Source: Octopus vulgaris
Lineage: Eukaryota
Length of the DNA stretch: 64,000 nucleotides
NCBI GenBank assembly: GCA_951406725.2
Contig: OX597819.1
Span: 58,404,001 to 58,468,000 of the forward strand
Direction: 5' to 3'
The notes under the pieces were generated by a model, which was not told the DNA's origin, made no database searches, and saw only the letters and a list, made by a program, of their open reading frames with translations. Of this stretch, positions 1 to 13,778 are shown piece after piece. Position 1 is the stretch's first letter, and each line of letters starts with the position of its first letter. Position numbers and translations under genes: made by a program.

Positions 1-554
1 CCCATGGTACCAGAACATCCAGACATTATTCGCATAGAACAGTGAGAGGTAAGTCCTAGTTTAGTTTTTCGCAACCCTAAAGATTCCGCTCGCACAATAA
101 CAGCAAACAAGGCACAGGACCAGACTTTAGATCGTGTAGGTGTATTTTTACCCACTCCGATGTTTACACACGGCCATCGCTATGAGTAGAGAAATGAACT
201 CCAGTAATTTGAAAATTTTTTAATCATATTATCGAAAGGAATTTTGTGAACTTTGAATGTTTAAGAGTATAAACAGGCATAAAATAGTGTAAACAATTAA
301 AATAAAAGTATATTTAAATAACATTTTTTTCTTAATACTTTTTATGTGTCTTCGAATTATTTTCAGGATCATAAGGGTTATATTGTCATTAAATTTATCG
401 AGAAAATGTAGTTTTAGAACCCAATTTGTAATCAGAAAATACCGCGAGACATTTACTTTACAAAACAAGTGATCGCTGATCGAGACAGCAGACAATATGT
501 GAAACCAATATCTTGTAGTTGCAAAAGACTATTCTTCGCCAGCTCCGATCATAT

Positions 555-626
555 GGCCCTGTGGCGCAACGGTAGCGCGTCTGACTCCAGATCAGACGGT
601 TGCGTGTTCGAATCACGTCAGGGTCA
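555..626 (+). tRNA. trnW-CCA: tRNA-Trp(CCA), variant copy 1
   Basis: 72-nt GGCCCTGTGGCGCAACGGTAGCGCGTCTGACTCCAGATCAGACGGTTGCGTGTTCGAATCACGTCAGGGTCA. Cloverleaf with CCA anticodon and intact A/B boxes; first T4 run at 656-659. Confidence 0.93.
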
Positions 627-1919
627 AATTCATTTCTTTCGAAGAAAGCTTTAGCTTTTGTTAGGAGTGGTCCACATTCATGATACAGATTCTGGGAGCC
701 TATTTCAGTTCGGGAGTGAATTGTCATCACATGTCACTTAGTCGCAAACACATCATATAGCTGCAATGTGATTTTTCTAAGACATCACCCAGTAAACTAT
801 CAAGTCCATTTACACATTTCTCAATATATACTGCTGTTACGACCTCACTTCCCCATTCTGCGACTCCAGCGTAGGTGGGTAGATTAGCTAGTATATATAA
901 CTTTAAAAGCAGACCCATTAAGAAGAATAAGGCAAAAAAGTGTGAAGACACGGGATAGCATGTTATTCATTTGATTCTATATTATCTGCGCCAGCTTAAC
1001 GATAATAATTTCTTTATACTAGGCATAATGCCAGTTTTATATATGCAGTGGAATAATTGATTTAATCGATCTGTATGTATATATTTTTAATCAAAGCCGA
1101 AGAGATGAAAGCTAGACTCAGCCAATATGGGATTTGTACACAGATGTGTCTTGTTATACTGAATTTCTCAGCTATCTGTTAGAGGAAAGAGAAAAAAAAA
1201 AAAAAAAAAGCAAGAAAAAAGAATCTAGAAATGAACCCGGAACCATGTGGTTAGTAAGCAAGCTACATATCACACAGCCACTCGTACACCTAAGATCGTT
1301 TATCGTATATCTTCTAATTGTTTCAGTCATTGGACTGCGGCCATGCTAGAGCTTCACTCTGAGGGGTTTTATTCGAACAGATAGACCCCTGTACTTATTT
1401 TTAACATTTAGTACTTATTCTGCCGGTCGCTGTTGCCGAACCGGTCGCTGTTGCCGAAGTTATAGAGGCGTAAAATAATACCAGTGATCAAGCAGTGGTG
1501 AGGGATCTAACCCCGTCTAAAGAGTGTTTAGTTACAATATGCTTTAACTTTTCCGCACTTCGATCTGTTTGGCCTACCATTTCCGATTTGAATCCTCAGT
1601 GGACAGTCCCCTAGGTGGTCAAGGTACGCATTGCTAATCCAAATTCAAAATTACTATCTCTACCTTCTGTCTTTTACTTGTTCCACTCATTGGATTGCGA
1701 TCATGCTGGGGCACGACCTTAAAGGGCTTTAGTCGAATGAATTGGCTGGTATTCATTCTGTCGGTTTTTTCTTTTGCCGAACTGCTAAGTTACGGTAACG
1801 TAAACAAGACAACAGTAGTCGACAAATTGTGGCGGGGATAACAAACATAGATACAAAGGCACACAAACACAGGTACGCGCGCGCGCGAATACACACACAC
1901 ACACACACACAAATATATA

Positions 1920-2330
1920 TAGGCGTCGCTGTGTGGTAAGTACCTTGCTTCCCAACCACATGGTTCTGGGTTCTGTCCAACTGCGTGGCACCTTGGGCAA
2001 GTGTCTTCTACTACAACCTCGGGCCGACCAATGCCTTATGAGTGGATTTGGTAGATGGAAACTGAAAGAACCCCGTCGTATATTTGTCTATGAGTGTGTA
2101 TGTGTGTGTGTGTGTGTTTGACCTCCCATTACAGCTTGACAACCGGTGTTTGTGTGCTTACGTTGCTGTAACTTAGCGGTTCGGCATAGGATCCGGTAGA
2201 ATAAGTACTACGCTTAAGAAATAAGTCCTAAGACCGATTTGTTCAACTGAAAAAAAAAAGCTCCTCAAGGAAGTGCTCCAGCATGGCTGCAGTCAAATGA
2301 CTGAAACAAGCAAAAGAATGAAGAATAAAG
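1920..2330 (+). mobile_element. tRNA-derived SINE, family A (with internal TA/TG microsatellite)
   Basis: Head GGCTGTGTGGTAAG...GGTTCAGTCCCACTGCGTGGCACCTTGGGCAAG and tail GTGCTCCAGCATGGCCGCAGTCAAATGACTGAAAC, shared with more than 10 copies in the window. An inverted 3' half lies at ~1668-1900. Confidence 0.8.
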
Positions 2331-2535
2331 GAAAATACACACTCACGAAAGACCCTCACAGCTTTCATCTACCAAATTCAATTACGAGACATCGTTGGTT
2401 AGCCCGGCGCTTTGGCAGAGGACGCTTTCCCAACATGTCGCACAGTGGCTGAATTCGAAACCACGTGATCGCAAAGGAAGCTCTAAAAAATAAAATAAAA
2501 TAATAATAATAATAATGATGATGATGATGATGATG

Positions 2536-2742
2536 ATCCTTTCTACTATAGGCACAAGGCCGGAAATTTCGGTGTAGGGAACTAGTCGATTACCTTGACA
2601 CTAGAGCCCGACTGGTACTTATTTTATTGACCCCGAAAGGCAAAGTCAACCTCGGCAGAATTTGAACTCAGAACATAGAGATGGTCGAAATACTGCAGAG
2701 CATTTCGTACGGTGTGCTAACGATTCTGCCAGCTCGCCGCCA
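2536..2742 (-). mobile_element. tRNA-derived SINE, family B (Nin/Deu-like central domain)
   Basis: Reverse complement of GGCGGCGAGCTGGCAGAATCGTTAGCAC...GAGTTCAAATTC...GTCGACTTTGCCTTTCATCCTTTCGGGGTCGATAAA..AAGTACCAG; many copies in the window. Confidence 0.8.
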
Positions 2743-2744
2743 TA

Positions 2745-3403
<659 letters not shown>

Positions 3404-3417
3404 AATAATAATAATAA

Positions 3418-3572
<155 letters not shown>

Positions 3573-4059
3573 TCTTTTAGACAATCGTACAGGCACGAAA
3601 TATGATTCACTGCATAATTACGCCGACTTAAAATAATTAACTCTTAACAACATAAAATGTATTAACCCTAATTCAGCTGTGAATGTGTTATATCAGATTT
3701 TACTTGCATATCTTTCGTTCAATGCTGTATCATTGTTAGAACAGATGTTATTATCATTAAAACAGGAAGCGTTAATTTATAAACCCAATGACTTACATTT
3801 AATTCCGATATTCAGATAAAACATAAGGGATATAACTGATAGTAAATGTAAAATGGTTTTTACAGGACTTCATTGTAAACAACAGCCATGAACACAGGGA
3901 AACAGTTCTAATGTTCTGTCAGCTCTTTTTTTCTGACCGCCTGTCTGTCTGTTGGCTTGTCTGTCTGTCTATTTGGCGATGTATTTGTTTTTCCTTTTCT
4001 CTCAGCCTCCCTCTCTTTCTCTCTCTCTCTCACACACACACTCTCTCTCTCACACACAC

Positions 4060-4127
<68 letters not shown>

Positions 4128-4171
4128 TCTCTCTCTCTCTCTCTCTCAATCTATCTATCTGTATATATCTG

Positions 4172-4211
<40 letters not shown>

Positions 4212-4642
4212 AAAAAATACAAACTGGGACAAGAACGCAAAACATTTAGAAGACGATACAAAAAACACGGACGGGACATTCGAAGCCTTCAATCTTCAGT
4301 CAAGAACCGGATCATCCTCGCAATTTCGGCTGATTAATCTTGAGATCGCTCCGATATATATATATATATAACCTAACTGTCTAAATGTTTTGCGTTCTAG
4401 TCCCATCTTTGAGTTTTTTATATATAAAAATATAGCGGCGTACGTACACTTTGGTCACTTATATGTAAGTATATATATATACACTTGCGTCGGAAATTAA
4501 TTAGCACTTCTCAAATTTTTACATTTTCTTACATTTTCTTAATTTAATTAACTTATTATCAGAAACGAACTCGTTTTTAATCAAAAATTTATTAAAACAT
4601 ATCCCAGCACACCACATAATTGTTATTAATCGTAAAATTTAG

Positions 4643-5629
4643 TCAATATCTTGTTGCTCCTCCTTTGGCAGCAATGACAGCTGCTACGCGGGTCAGCATG
4701 CTGTCTATGAGTGCCTGCAGGTACTGTGCAGGGATGGCCCCCCCATGCAGCAAGAAGTGCCCCAAACAGCTCGTGTCGGTTCCTGTATTGTTGCACATTC
4801 AAATCCCTACCCAATCGACTCCAGAGGTTCTCAATAGGGTTCAGGTCAGGTGACTGGCCAGGCCAGTCCATGACCGTCACCCCATGGTCCTTGAAGAAAC
4901 CGGTTGTGAGCTTGGCTGTGTGGGAAGGCGGGCTGTCCTGCTGGAGCAGTACTCCTCGCCACCAAAGAGGTATCCCGTACTATCTCAACGTACTTTGCTG
5001 CGTTGATGTTGCATAGAGCCGCCCAACACCACTGTAGCTGAACGCCCCTCACACCATCAGACCACCCCCACCTTGCTTCATGGTGGGAGCAATGCAGTCT
5101 TTGTTGAAGCGCTCACCCCTGCGGCGTCGCACATGGACAGGCTTGTCACTGACGAGACTGAATCGCGACTCGTCAGTGAACATCACTGTCCGCCACTGCT
5201 GCACGGTCCATGTCTTGTGGGCACGGGCCCAGAGCAGCCGCCTCTTCCGGTTTTGGGCTGTAAGGAGCGGCTTACGGGTGGCCCTACAGGATTTTAGACC
5301 AGCTTCCAGTAATCTGGTCTTGACGGTGGTTGTAGACAACTGCTTCCCTGTCATCTTTTGCATCTCCTCCGCCAGTTGCCGGCTCGTTGCCCTTCGGTTG
5401 TACAGTGACTTTCGGATCAGCATCCGGTCCTCCCGCTGGGTCGTCAGCCTCTTCCGTCCCCTACCCTTTTTGTCAGCTGCTGATCCGGTTTCCTCGTATT
5501 TCTTAAATAAGCACTGAATTGTGCGCCTGGCTACACAAAGTTTTTGGCTATTGCAACCTCCGACAGCTTCCCACGCCACGAGAGAGCCTCGTACCGTCTC
5601 TCCAAGGTCATGCGAGGTCTTGGGCCCAT
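4643..5629 (-). pseudogene. Tc1 transposase with several frameshifts
   Basis: Starts MGPRPRMTLERR. Carries GRGRKRLTT.REDR, VMFTDESRF, QQDSPPSHTAK, WPGQSPDLNPIENLW and a GGATRY* end, split across reading frames. Confidence 0.9.
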
Positions 5630-5788
5630 CTAAGAATGAACGATAAAAACCAGTTATTTTCATTAAAACTATTCATTTGAATAATGTTATGCTATAACAA
5701 AACTGCTATGAGTTATTATTCATTAAACAAAAAAGAAAGAAAGCAGAATTTCTCACCTTATTTGATGTATAACAGAAAGTTTTGTGAA

Positions 5789-5804
5789 CCGGAAGTGACG
5801 TCAC
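5789..5804. promoter_or_regulatory. Overlapping ETS-CRE motif CCGGAAGTGACGTCAC in the Tc1 5' region
   Basis: Exact 16-mer just upstream of a putative 5'-UTR intron (5756-5630, minus strand, GTGAGA...TTCTTAG) that ends immediately before the transposase ATG. Confidence 0.45.
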
Positions 5805-6189
5805 CAAGCAGAGTGTAGGAGAATTTGTGAGGAAAAAAAATCTTGCAAATACACAAATCAATTAACCTAGAAGCTGTTCAAAACGTCTTACGCGATGAGA
5901 AAACTTAGTACGGTGTGATTTCGGTCCTTGCGAGGCACTACCTATATCTATTAAACAAAGGAAGATTTGTCTGCATCCGCACTCCAAGTTGTTGTTGCAC
6001 TGCTATGTCAACATCATTAGGCTGTAGACTCTCAAACCGCTCTGCAAACAAAGTTACGTCATCGTTCTGCATAACAGTGAACTCGCAACAAAGCAATAGT
6101 TCAAGAAATGGCCACTTGGTGACAGCAAATACCTTGAGTGAAGAGCAAATCAGGGGTGCTAATTAATTTCTGACGGTAGTGTATATATA

Positions 6190-6384
6190 TAAACTTTGTA
6201 CGACTCTATTGCTTTCTGTTCTTTCATTCTTTCCTTCGCTCTTTTGTCCCCCCACTCTCACATTTCCTGGCCTTCTCTTCATGCTCACCTTCTCTCCTCT
6301 TTCACTTCACTCTGTCCCTTTCACTTCACTCTGTCCCTTTCACTTCTTTTCTCGTCCCCCCTTAATTCTTCAATCCCTCTGCTT

Positions 6385-6421
<37 letters not shown>

Positions 6422-6830
6422 CCCACGTGACCGGTTTTCGGCCAAGCCTGACCTTTCTTTCTTAGTTTGACCACAATCTGTGCAACATCTATATTCTTCT
6501 ATCTATACTCCTCCATGTGCCAGTCAAATCTTATGTCCCTGCCATAAGGCTTTTCTTGCACACAGGCCACCCTTGGTCGAAAGACACCCGTTGTTATTGG
6601 CCTGTTATTTGTATTTGTGTACCATTTCTTCGCTGCTTTCTTGCAAAGAATCTAGTACTCTTAGCTTATTTTTTCTTTGGGGATGGCCAGATTGGAGAAA
6701 TCTCGAATTTAACCAGCTGAAATTGCAAAGATAGTCTGGAACTCGACTGAGGAACGAAAACTCCGAATGACCCATCCTTGTTTTCTTTGTATCGTCTGTC
6801 TGGATGTTTTGTTGTCCCTTTTTTGTATTA
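6190..6830 (+). repeat. ~650-bp interspersed repeat, probably a Penelope-type terminal repeat
   Basis: Homologous inverted copy at ~10930-11510 (CACGTGACC..TTCGGCCAAGCCT.ACCTTTCTTTCTT) and a related end at 4215-4355. The ends at 6190-6830 and 4215-4355 abut (TA)n. Confidence 0.5.
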
Positions 6831-6871
6831 TATATATATATTATATTATATTATATTATATTATATTATAT

Positions 6872-6914
<43 letters not shown>

Positions 6915-7125
6915 ATCCAAACAAGAAAACACAGAAAAGAACACAGCAACGCGGAACTATTAACGTGGAACTATTAAAGTATTATTTGACGCTCAGGAAA
7001 GAAGGGAAGGAGGGTTTAACGTTTCGAGCGGAGCTCTTCGTCGGAAACAAGGAGAAGGAAAGATCCCGAGAAGGGAAGACAGAGGAAAAAAATATTTTTG
7101 CTGGCGGTGCTCAAGAGATCACATG

Positions 7126-7186
<61 letters not shown>

Positions 7187-7189
<3 letters not shown>

Positions 7190-7319
7190 TGTGGGTGTGT
7201 GGTAAGAAGCTCGCTTCCCAACCACATGGTTCCGGCAATTGCCTTCTGCTATAGTCTCGGGACGACCAGGGCCTTTTGAGTCGATTTGATAGAATGAAAC
7301 TGAAAGAAGCCCGTTGTAT

Positions 7320-7369
<50 letters not shown>

Positions 7370-7530
7370 TTGTGTGTTTTTGTTCCGCCACCATCGCTTG
7401 ACAACCGATGTTGGTGTGTTTTCGTCCCCGTAACCTGGCGGTTTGGCAAAAGTGAGCGATAGAAGAAGTATTAAACTTTCAAAGGCGGTGCTCCAGCATG
7501 GCCGCAATCAAATGACTGAAATAAGTAAAA
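7187..7530 (+). mobile_element. SINE family A, internally deleted
   Basis: Family A head and tail, with internal (GATA)n. Confidence 0.75.
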
Positions 7531-7656
7531 TAATAAATTAAAAGTATATATATATATACACACACGCACATAAACATGTATGTATGCATGTAAATGCAAA
7601 TGCATGTATATATGCAAGCAGATGTATGTATGGCCTTTCACACACCCCACGCATGC

Positions 7657-7688
<32 letters not shown>

Positions 7689-7939
7689 ATATGAATATAT
7701 TTTGGGTGACTCAGAGTTTAATAATTGATTATGAACCGAATATATATCGATTGATCCAGAACCTCAGCTAAAGTAATCTTTTGTTTTATGTGGGAGAGTA
7801 AGGCATATTCACTTCCTTTGGAGCATTCAAAGCATTCTGGGAAAATTTAGTTATCGCGGGGTCAGTTAAAAATCACAAAAGTTGATTAAAAGTAAGAAAC
7901 CCTTAAAATGAACTTAAAGCCTTTTTTAAAAACTTACTG

Positions 7940-8275
7940 CGGGCACCGCATTTAGTCGAGCAAATCGACTCCAGGACTTATTCTTTGTAAGCTTAGAAGT
8001 TATTCTATCGGTTTCTTTTGCCGAACTGCTAAGTTACGGGGACGTAAACACACCAACATCGGTTGTCAAGCGATGGTGGGGGCACAAACACAGACACATA
8101 AATACATACAGATACGACGGATTTCTTTCAGTTTCCTTCAATAAAATCCTTTCACAAGGCTTTGGTCGGCCCGAGGATATAGCAGAAGACACTTACCCAA
8201 GGTTCCACGCAGTGGGACTGAACCCGGAACCATGTGGTTGGTAAGCAAAATACTCACCACACAGCCACTCAAGCG
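7940..8275 (-). mobile_element. SINE family A
   Basis: Reverse complement of family A head and tail. Confidence 0.78.
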
Positions 8276-8409
8276 CCTATGTTCTTTATAAAGAAAATGG
8301 GCATGTAACAAAGTGAAAATGTAAAATAAAATTAAATGAAGAGTTATTATGAGTGTTTGTAATAAGAAACGTATGCGACAATTGTTCGATACACAATAAA
8401 GGCTATAGC

Positions 8410-8782
8410 ATGCCAAGCGAAATGCTTAGCAGTATTTCGTCTGTCGTTACGTTCTGAGTTCAAATTCCGCCGAGGTCGACTTTGCCTGTCATCCTTTCGG
8501 GGTCGATTAAATAAGTACCAGTTACGCACTGGGGTCGATGTAATTGACTTAATCCGTGTGTCTGTCCTTGTTTGTCCTCTCTGTGTTTAGCCCCTTGTGG
8601 GTAGTAAAGAAATAGGTATTTCGTCTGTCTTTACGTTATGAGTTCAAATTCCGCCGAGATCAACTTTGCCTTTCATCCTTTCGGGGTCGATAAACTAAGT
8701 ACCAGTTGCGTACTGGGGTCGATCTAATCGACTGGCCCCCTCTCCTAAAATTTCGGGCCCTGTGCCTAGAATAGCAAAGAAT
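8410..8782 (+). mobile_element. SINE family B, dimeric form
   Basis: Two family B bodies joined at GTAAAGAAATAGGTATTTCGTCTG. Confidence 0.8.
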
Positions 8783-9236
8783 AAACACTAAAGGACTCAC
8801 TTAAAAAAAGAAAACGAAAATATAGTAAACATCAAAAAAAAAAAAAAAAAAATGAGCGGAAATGTATGTAGTTACAATGTGATAATAGATTGATACAAGA
8901 TTAATAAGGCCAATAGGTTGGTTAGCTATAAGAAGGTTCAGTAACAATGTGTGCTTAATCAGTTGCATGCATTCACACATATTTCGTTGATACACTCGCA
9001 TATAACTGCAAATTAAAAACGGCTGTTTTCAGCTCCATAAAATGAAATTACCTACTTGCTTGCATTTTTGCAAAAATTTCACACCTAATACTTAAATACA
9101 GATATGTTCTATTTAGATTCCGTCTTACATAGGGTTCTCCTGTTACTGCCATTTTTCGAAAGCCTTGATCTTTCAACGTTCTTCTTGACGATTTTATAGT
9201 TTGAAGCATTTTCTTTCAATGACCAAATGTAATAAG

Positions 9237-10278
9237 AAAGTTTCTTTGCATTCCACTGTGCAAAGCTTCTGAAAAAAAAGAATGGGTCAATAATTTTATC
9301 CTTGAAATTCACTTCGAGTTGGCCACGTAACGTTTTAGACTAGTGTAATGGTTTAGGTTTGTTGGGTTAGCTTCATAAGCTTCTCCTTCATAAATTATGA
9401 TGTCTATTTGACAGCATCCAATAAACAAGAATGAGTTGATGTCACAGTATGAAGAACGGCTAGTGGGTTTGTGGGATATAATATTCTTCATATTAGCAGA
9501 TTGATAGATAGATACTCACTTTAAATTAGCGTAGTATGTTGTTACATAAACATTTTACGATCATATAAACATAGCACACAGTCATATAAACATTTATATA
9601 TTTTTTTATAAAGTGGCGGTTAATTAATTATAATGTTTCCTGATTCAATTCCCATGGTACACCACTGGCATAGTGATGCTGCACCAGCCAGAGGGACTTA
9701 AAATGCTGCGAAGTCATTACTAAGGCAGATATTGGGCGGTTTTAAAAGCCGTGTATAAACGGAAATATTATAGTGATTTCACTTTTAGAAACAAAAAATA
9801 TCGATTTCTTACAAATTTATTGCAGACCATTGTACAAAAGATGGAACAGGTCTTAGTACTTGATTGGTATTTATAAATTTCAAAGAGAACAAAAGCAAAG
9901 CTAGCCTCGAAATTCGAAACCAACCTTTGAAATAAGAATCGAAATTAGGTGCTGTAAAACATCTAGTTCGACGGCCCATCATCTTCGCTCCCTTCTTACC
10001 GCTCTTATAGAAAATGAGGAAATTTATCATCTATATAAATTAAGAAGATCGTAGCATGTCTTAGATATGAGACGAAGTCAGTTTCTAAATTTGCTAGAAT
10101 GTTGGTCGGTGGTAGTTGTGTTTCGTGACGAACCTCGTTCTCTAAGCTGTAGATAGGTATTACAAAGAAGTACCGCTGACAGGGGCATTGTATATATCAG
10201 TGTTCGACGCGTAGCGATGCTAAGCTAAAGTTGTTTAGCTGGTTAAAGAGACAAATTAGCCTACAGCCAATCGTGTAA

Positions 10279-10340
<62 letters not shown>

Positions 10341-10727
10341 GTTTCTTTGCATTCCACTGTGCAAAGCTTCTGAAAAAAAAGAATGAGTCAATAATTTTAT
10401 CCTTGAAATTCACTTCGAGTTGGCCACGTAACGTTTTAGAGTATTGTCATGGTTTAGGTTTGTTGGGTTAGCTTCATAAGCTTCTCCTTCATAAATTATG
10501 ATGTCTATTTAACAGCATCCAATAAACAAGGATGAGTTGATGTCACAGTATGAAGAACGGCTAGTGGGTTTGTGGGATATAATATTCTTCATATTAGCAG
10601 ATTGATAGATAAATACTCACTTTAAATTAGCGTAGTATGTTGTTACATAAACATTTTACGATCATATAAACATAGCACACAGTCATATAAACATTTATAT
10701 ATTTTTTATAAAATGGCGGTTAATTAA
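9237..10727. repeat. Direct repeat pair of ~390 bp (9237-9627 and 10338-10727)
   Basis: Near-identical from AAAGTTTCTTTGCATTCCACTGTGC to GGCGGTTAATTAA, with a handful of substitutions. Confidence 0.9.
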
Positions 10728-11529
10728 GTACTGTATTATCAGACGTTCAGAAAAGGAAGGAAAGAGGATTTAACTTTTCGAGAAATAGAGTCAAGTCCAA
10801 ACGAAGGGAAGACGGAGGAAGAAAATCGCCAACGATACACACGTGGTTACATTTTGAAATGACCAGAAGGGAATGGACGAAGAAAAAGTTCTTTCTAAGA
10901 CAGGAGAGTTTTCTTTCCTCGGTCGAGTTACAGATTATCTTTGCAATTTCGGCTGGTTATACCCGAGATTGCTCCAATCTGGCCAGCCCCAAGGAAAAAC
11001 TAAGCTAAGAGCACTGGATTCTTTGGAAGAAAGCAGCGATTGTATACGAAAAAAAAATGAGAAATGGTACACAAATACAAATGCAAATAACAGGACATTA
11101 ACAACGGGTGTCTTTCGACTAAGGTCGAATCAAATTAAGCTGGCGTGTGTGGAAGTGAAGCCTTACGGCAGGGACATATGAGTTGATAGGCATGGGGAGG
11201 AATATAGACGTTGCACGAATGGTGGTCGAACCAAGAAAGAAAGGTTAGGCTTGGCCGAACACTGGTCACGTGGAGAGAGAGGAGAGAGGTAGAGACACAG
11301 GGATAGAAGAATTAGGGAGAGACGAGAAAAAAAGAAAAGGGACTGAGCAAAGTGAAAGAGGAGGGAAGGTGAGAATGAAGAGAAAGCCAGGAAATCTGAG
11401 AGGGGGAAAAGAAAGAAAGAAGAGTGGAAAGAACGAAGTAAGTGTGAAGGGGCTGATAGAAAGAAACAAAGAAGGGAAGAATAAGAATCGTACAAAATTT
11501 AGATTTCTATATTTACATATAAGAGACCA

Positions 11530-11920
11530 AAGTGTGTGGTAAGTAGCTTGCTTACCAACCACATGGTACCGGGTTCATTCCCACTGCGTGGCACCTTGGG
11601 TAAGTGTCTTCTACTATAGCCTCGGGCCGACCAAAGCCTTGTGAGTGGATTTGGTAGACGGAAACTGAAAGAAGCCCGTCGTATATATGTATATATGTAT
11701 ATATATATGTGTGTGCGTGTTTGTGTGTCTGTATCGCTTGACAACCGATGCTGGTGTGTTTATGTCCCAGTTACTTAGCGGTTCGGCAAAAAAGAGACCG
11801 ATAGAATAAGTACTAGGCTTACAAAGAATAAGTCCTGGGGTCGATTTGCTCGACTAAAAGGTGGTGCTCCAGCATGGCCACAGTCAAATGACTGAAACAA
11901 GTAAAGGAGTAAAAGAGTAT
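11530..11920 (+). mobile_element. SINE family A
   Basis: Close to the family consensus seen in this window. Confidence 0.82.
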
Positions 11921-11956
11921 ATGTATGTATGTATATATGTATGTATATATATATGC

Positions 11957-12001
<45 letters not shown>

Positions 12002-12109
12002 CATTATATGCATATATATATATATATACATACATATATACATAATACGTACTGTATATAAAACTGTATATATATATATATATAAATGTGTATATATATA
12101 TATATATAA

Positions 12110-12154
<45 letters not shown>

Positions 12155-12184
12155 CCCATGTATACATATATACATACACACATG

Positions 12185-12215
<31 letters not shown>

Positions 12216-12441
12216 GGACCCCTCACACGCACACACACACGCACGCACGCACACTCTCATATGTGCAGAAATATCTTCCACTTGCATTCTCAACTCGCAG
12301 AGATTGTTGATTTATTTATATCATACAAAAGAATTGTAGACGGGCAGAATCGTTAAAACGGCGGACATTTAGTTACATCCCTTCACATTAATACTTTCAA
12401 ATCCCATTGAAAATAAATTTGCACTTCATTTTTCCAGGTTC

Positions 12442-12841
12442 GAGGATGTTCAAAAAGTTTCTCCGCAGTGAATTTTCAGACTCTCCAAGATGTATTTCAA
12501 AACATGTGTAGAAGAGTCAACTTATGTATTGAAAATGAAGGACGACACCTTCAACATCTCTTATAAATTTTTTTAAAGCCTTATGAAGTCTGTGTATGTA
12601 TATATATATATGCAATACTAGCAAACGCCTTCGTCCATTGGACGGTTTGTATAGGTGAAGAGGGTTAACTCGGACGGTGTTAAGTTGTGGAGATGTTTAT
12701 TGATTGTATGGGGTTGTTACTTTTGGTTAGGGCATTAAAGATTCCTGAGACGTTAAAACTGTTGACTGTTTCTTCTAAATATTTCTTATAAATATTTATT
12801 TTGCAAAATACTTACTGCGGAGAGACTTTTTGAACACCCTG
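12442..12841. mobile_element. Non-autonomous Tc1/mariner-superfamily element (400 bp), rosa/DD41D-like C-terminal remnant
   Basis: TIRs GAGGATGTTCAAAAAGTTTCTCCGCAGT / ACTGCGGAGAGACTTTTTGAACACCCTG followed by TA; internal CIENEGRHLQHLL* remnant. Confidence 0.7.
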
Positions 12842-12894
12842 TAGTACCTGCCAAGTAATGGAGTCCATACAATCGACCGACTACATTACTTTCC

Positions 12895-13215
12895 ATGTGG
12901 TAAGATTGTCGGGCATACAATCATTAGGCAGTGAGTTCGATTCCTGGACTGTGCTGTGCGTTGTGTTCTTGAGCAAGACACTTTATCTCACGTTGCTCCA
13001 GTTCACTCAGCTGTAGAAATGAGTTGCAACGTCACGGGTTCCGAGTTGTACTGGTCTTTGCTTATTCCTTGGATAACATTGGTGGCGTGGAGAGGGGAGT
13101 CTGGTATGCATGGGAGATTACTGGTCTTCCATAAGCAACCTTACCCGGACTTGTGCCTCGGAGGGGAATTTCCTAGATGCAATCTCATTGTCGTTTATGA
13201 CCGACAGGGGTCATT
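12895..13215 (+). mobile_element. tRNA-derived SINE, family C
   Basis: B-box GAGTTCGATTCC and CTTGAGCAAGACACTT. Homologous reverse copy at ~32100-32420 with tail AGGTGCAATCCCATGGTCATTCATGACCGAAGGGG. Confidence 0.7.
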
Positions 13216-13489
13216 TACCACTTACCCTAAATCTGTGGCTGAGTACGCCAATATTATGCCACCGTTCCTGTTCCAACATAACTGCTTGGCAACAGAAAAC
13301 CACGGCTGGTCAAGCCAACCATTTTGTATCACCATTCTTTCTCAAATTGACAGTTTTAAAATGAGTGATATTAGTCACACGTTCTCACGAACTGTTTTCA
13401 GTATTTCCTTGAAATTCTCAACCAATAACAATTCCAAAGATAAAATTCTGCTGGCTTCTACCGTTTTATGTTCGTACGTGTGCGCACAC

Positions 13490-13543
<54 letters not shown>

Positions 13544-13745
13544 ACATGCAGGCGTGCACGCATACGCACACACACACATGCTCACACTCTCTTTCTCCCT
13601 CTTTCACAGCCTGCCTATCTTTCACCTTCACCTGGTCTATTTTTTTTGTGCGTATGTGTGTGTTCTTTGTATATGTATTTGTCTGTATGTATACCGTATA
13701 TACATATATGTATGCATATATATGTATATATATACGCGCGCGTGT

Positions 13746-13778
<33 letters not shown>

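Larger units (their letters stand above)
4482..6181 (-). mobile_element. Tc1 (DD34E-type) DNA transposon, full length 1.7 kb, decayed
   Basis: TIRs CACTTGCGTCGGAAATTAATTAGCAC / GTGCTAATTAATTTCTGACGGTAGTG with TA on both sides; transposase inside. Confidence 0.92.

Noticed and set aside
469-654. Short ORFs overlapping tRNA genes (also 37916, 53703, 57447)
   Set aside because: Incidental reading frames through tRNA sequence.
6745-6775. CTGAGGA..GAAA and the related CTGAAGA at ~4285-4305 (minus) as hammerheads
   Set aside because: No consistent stem I, II and III pairing around the core.
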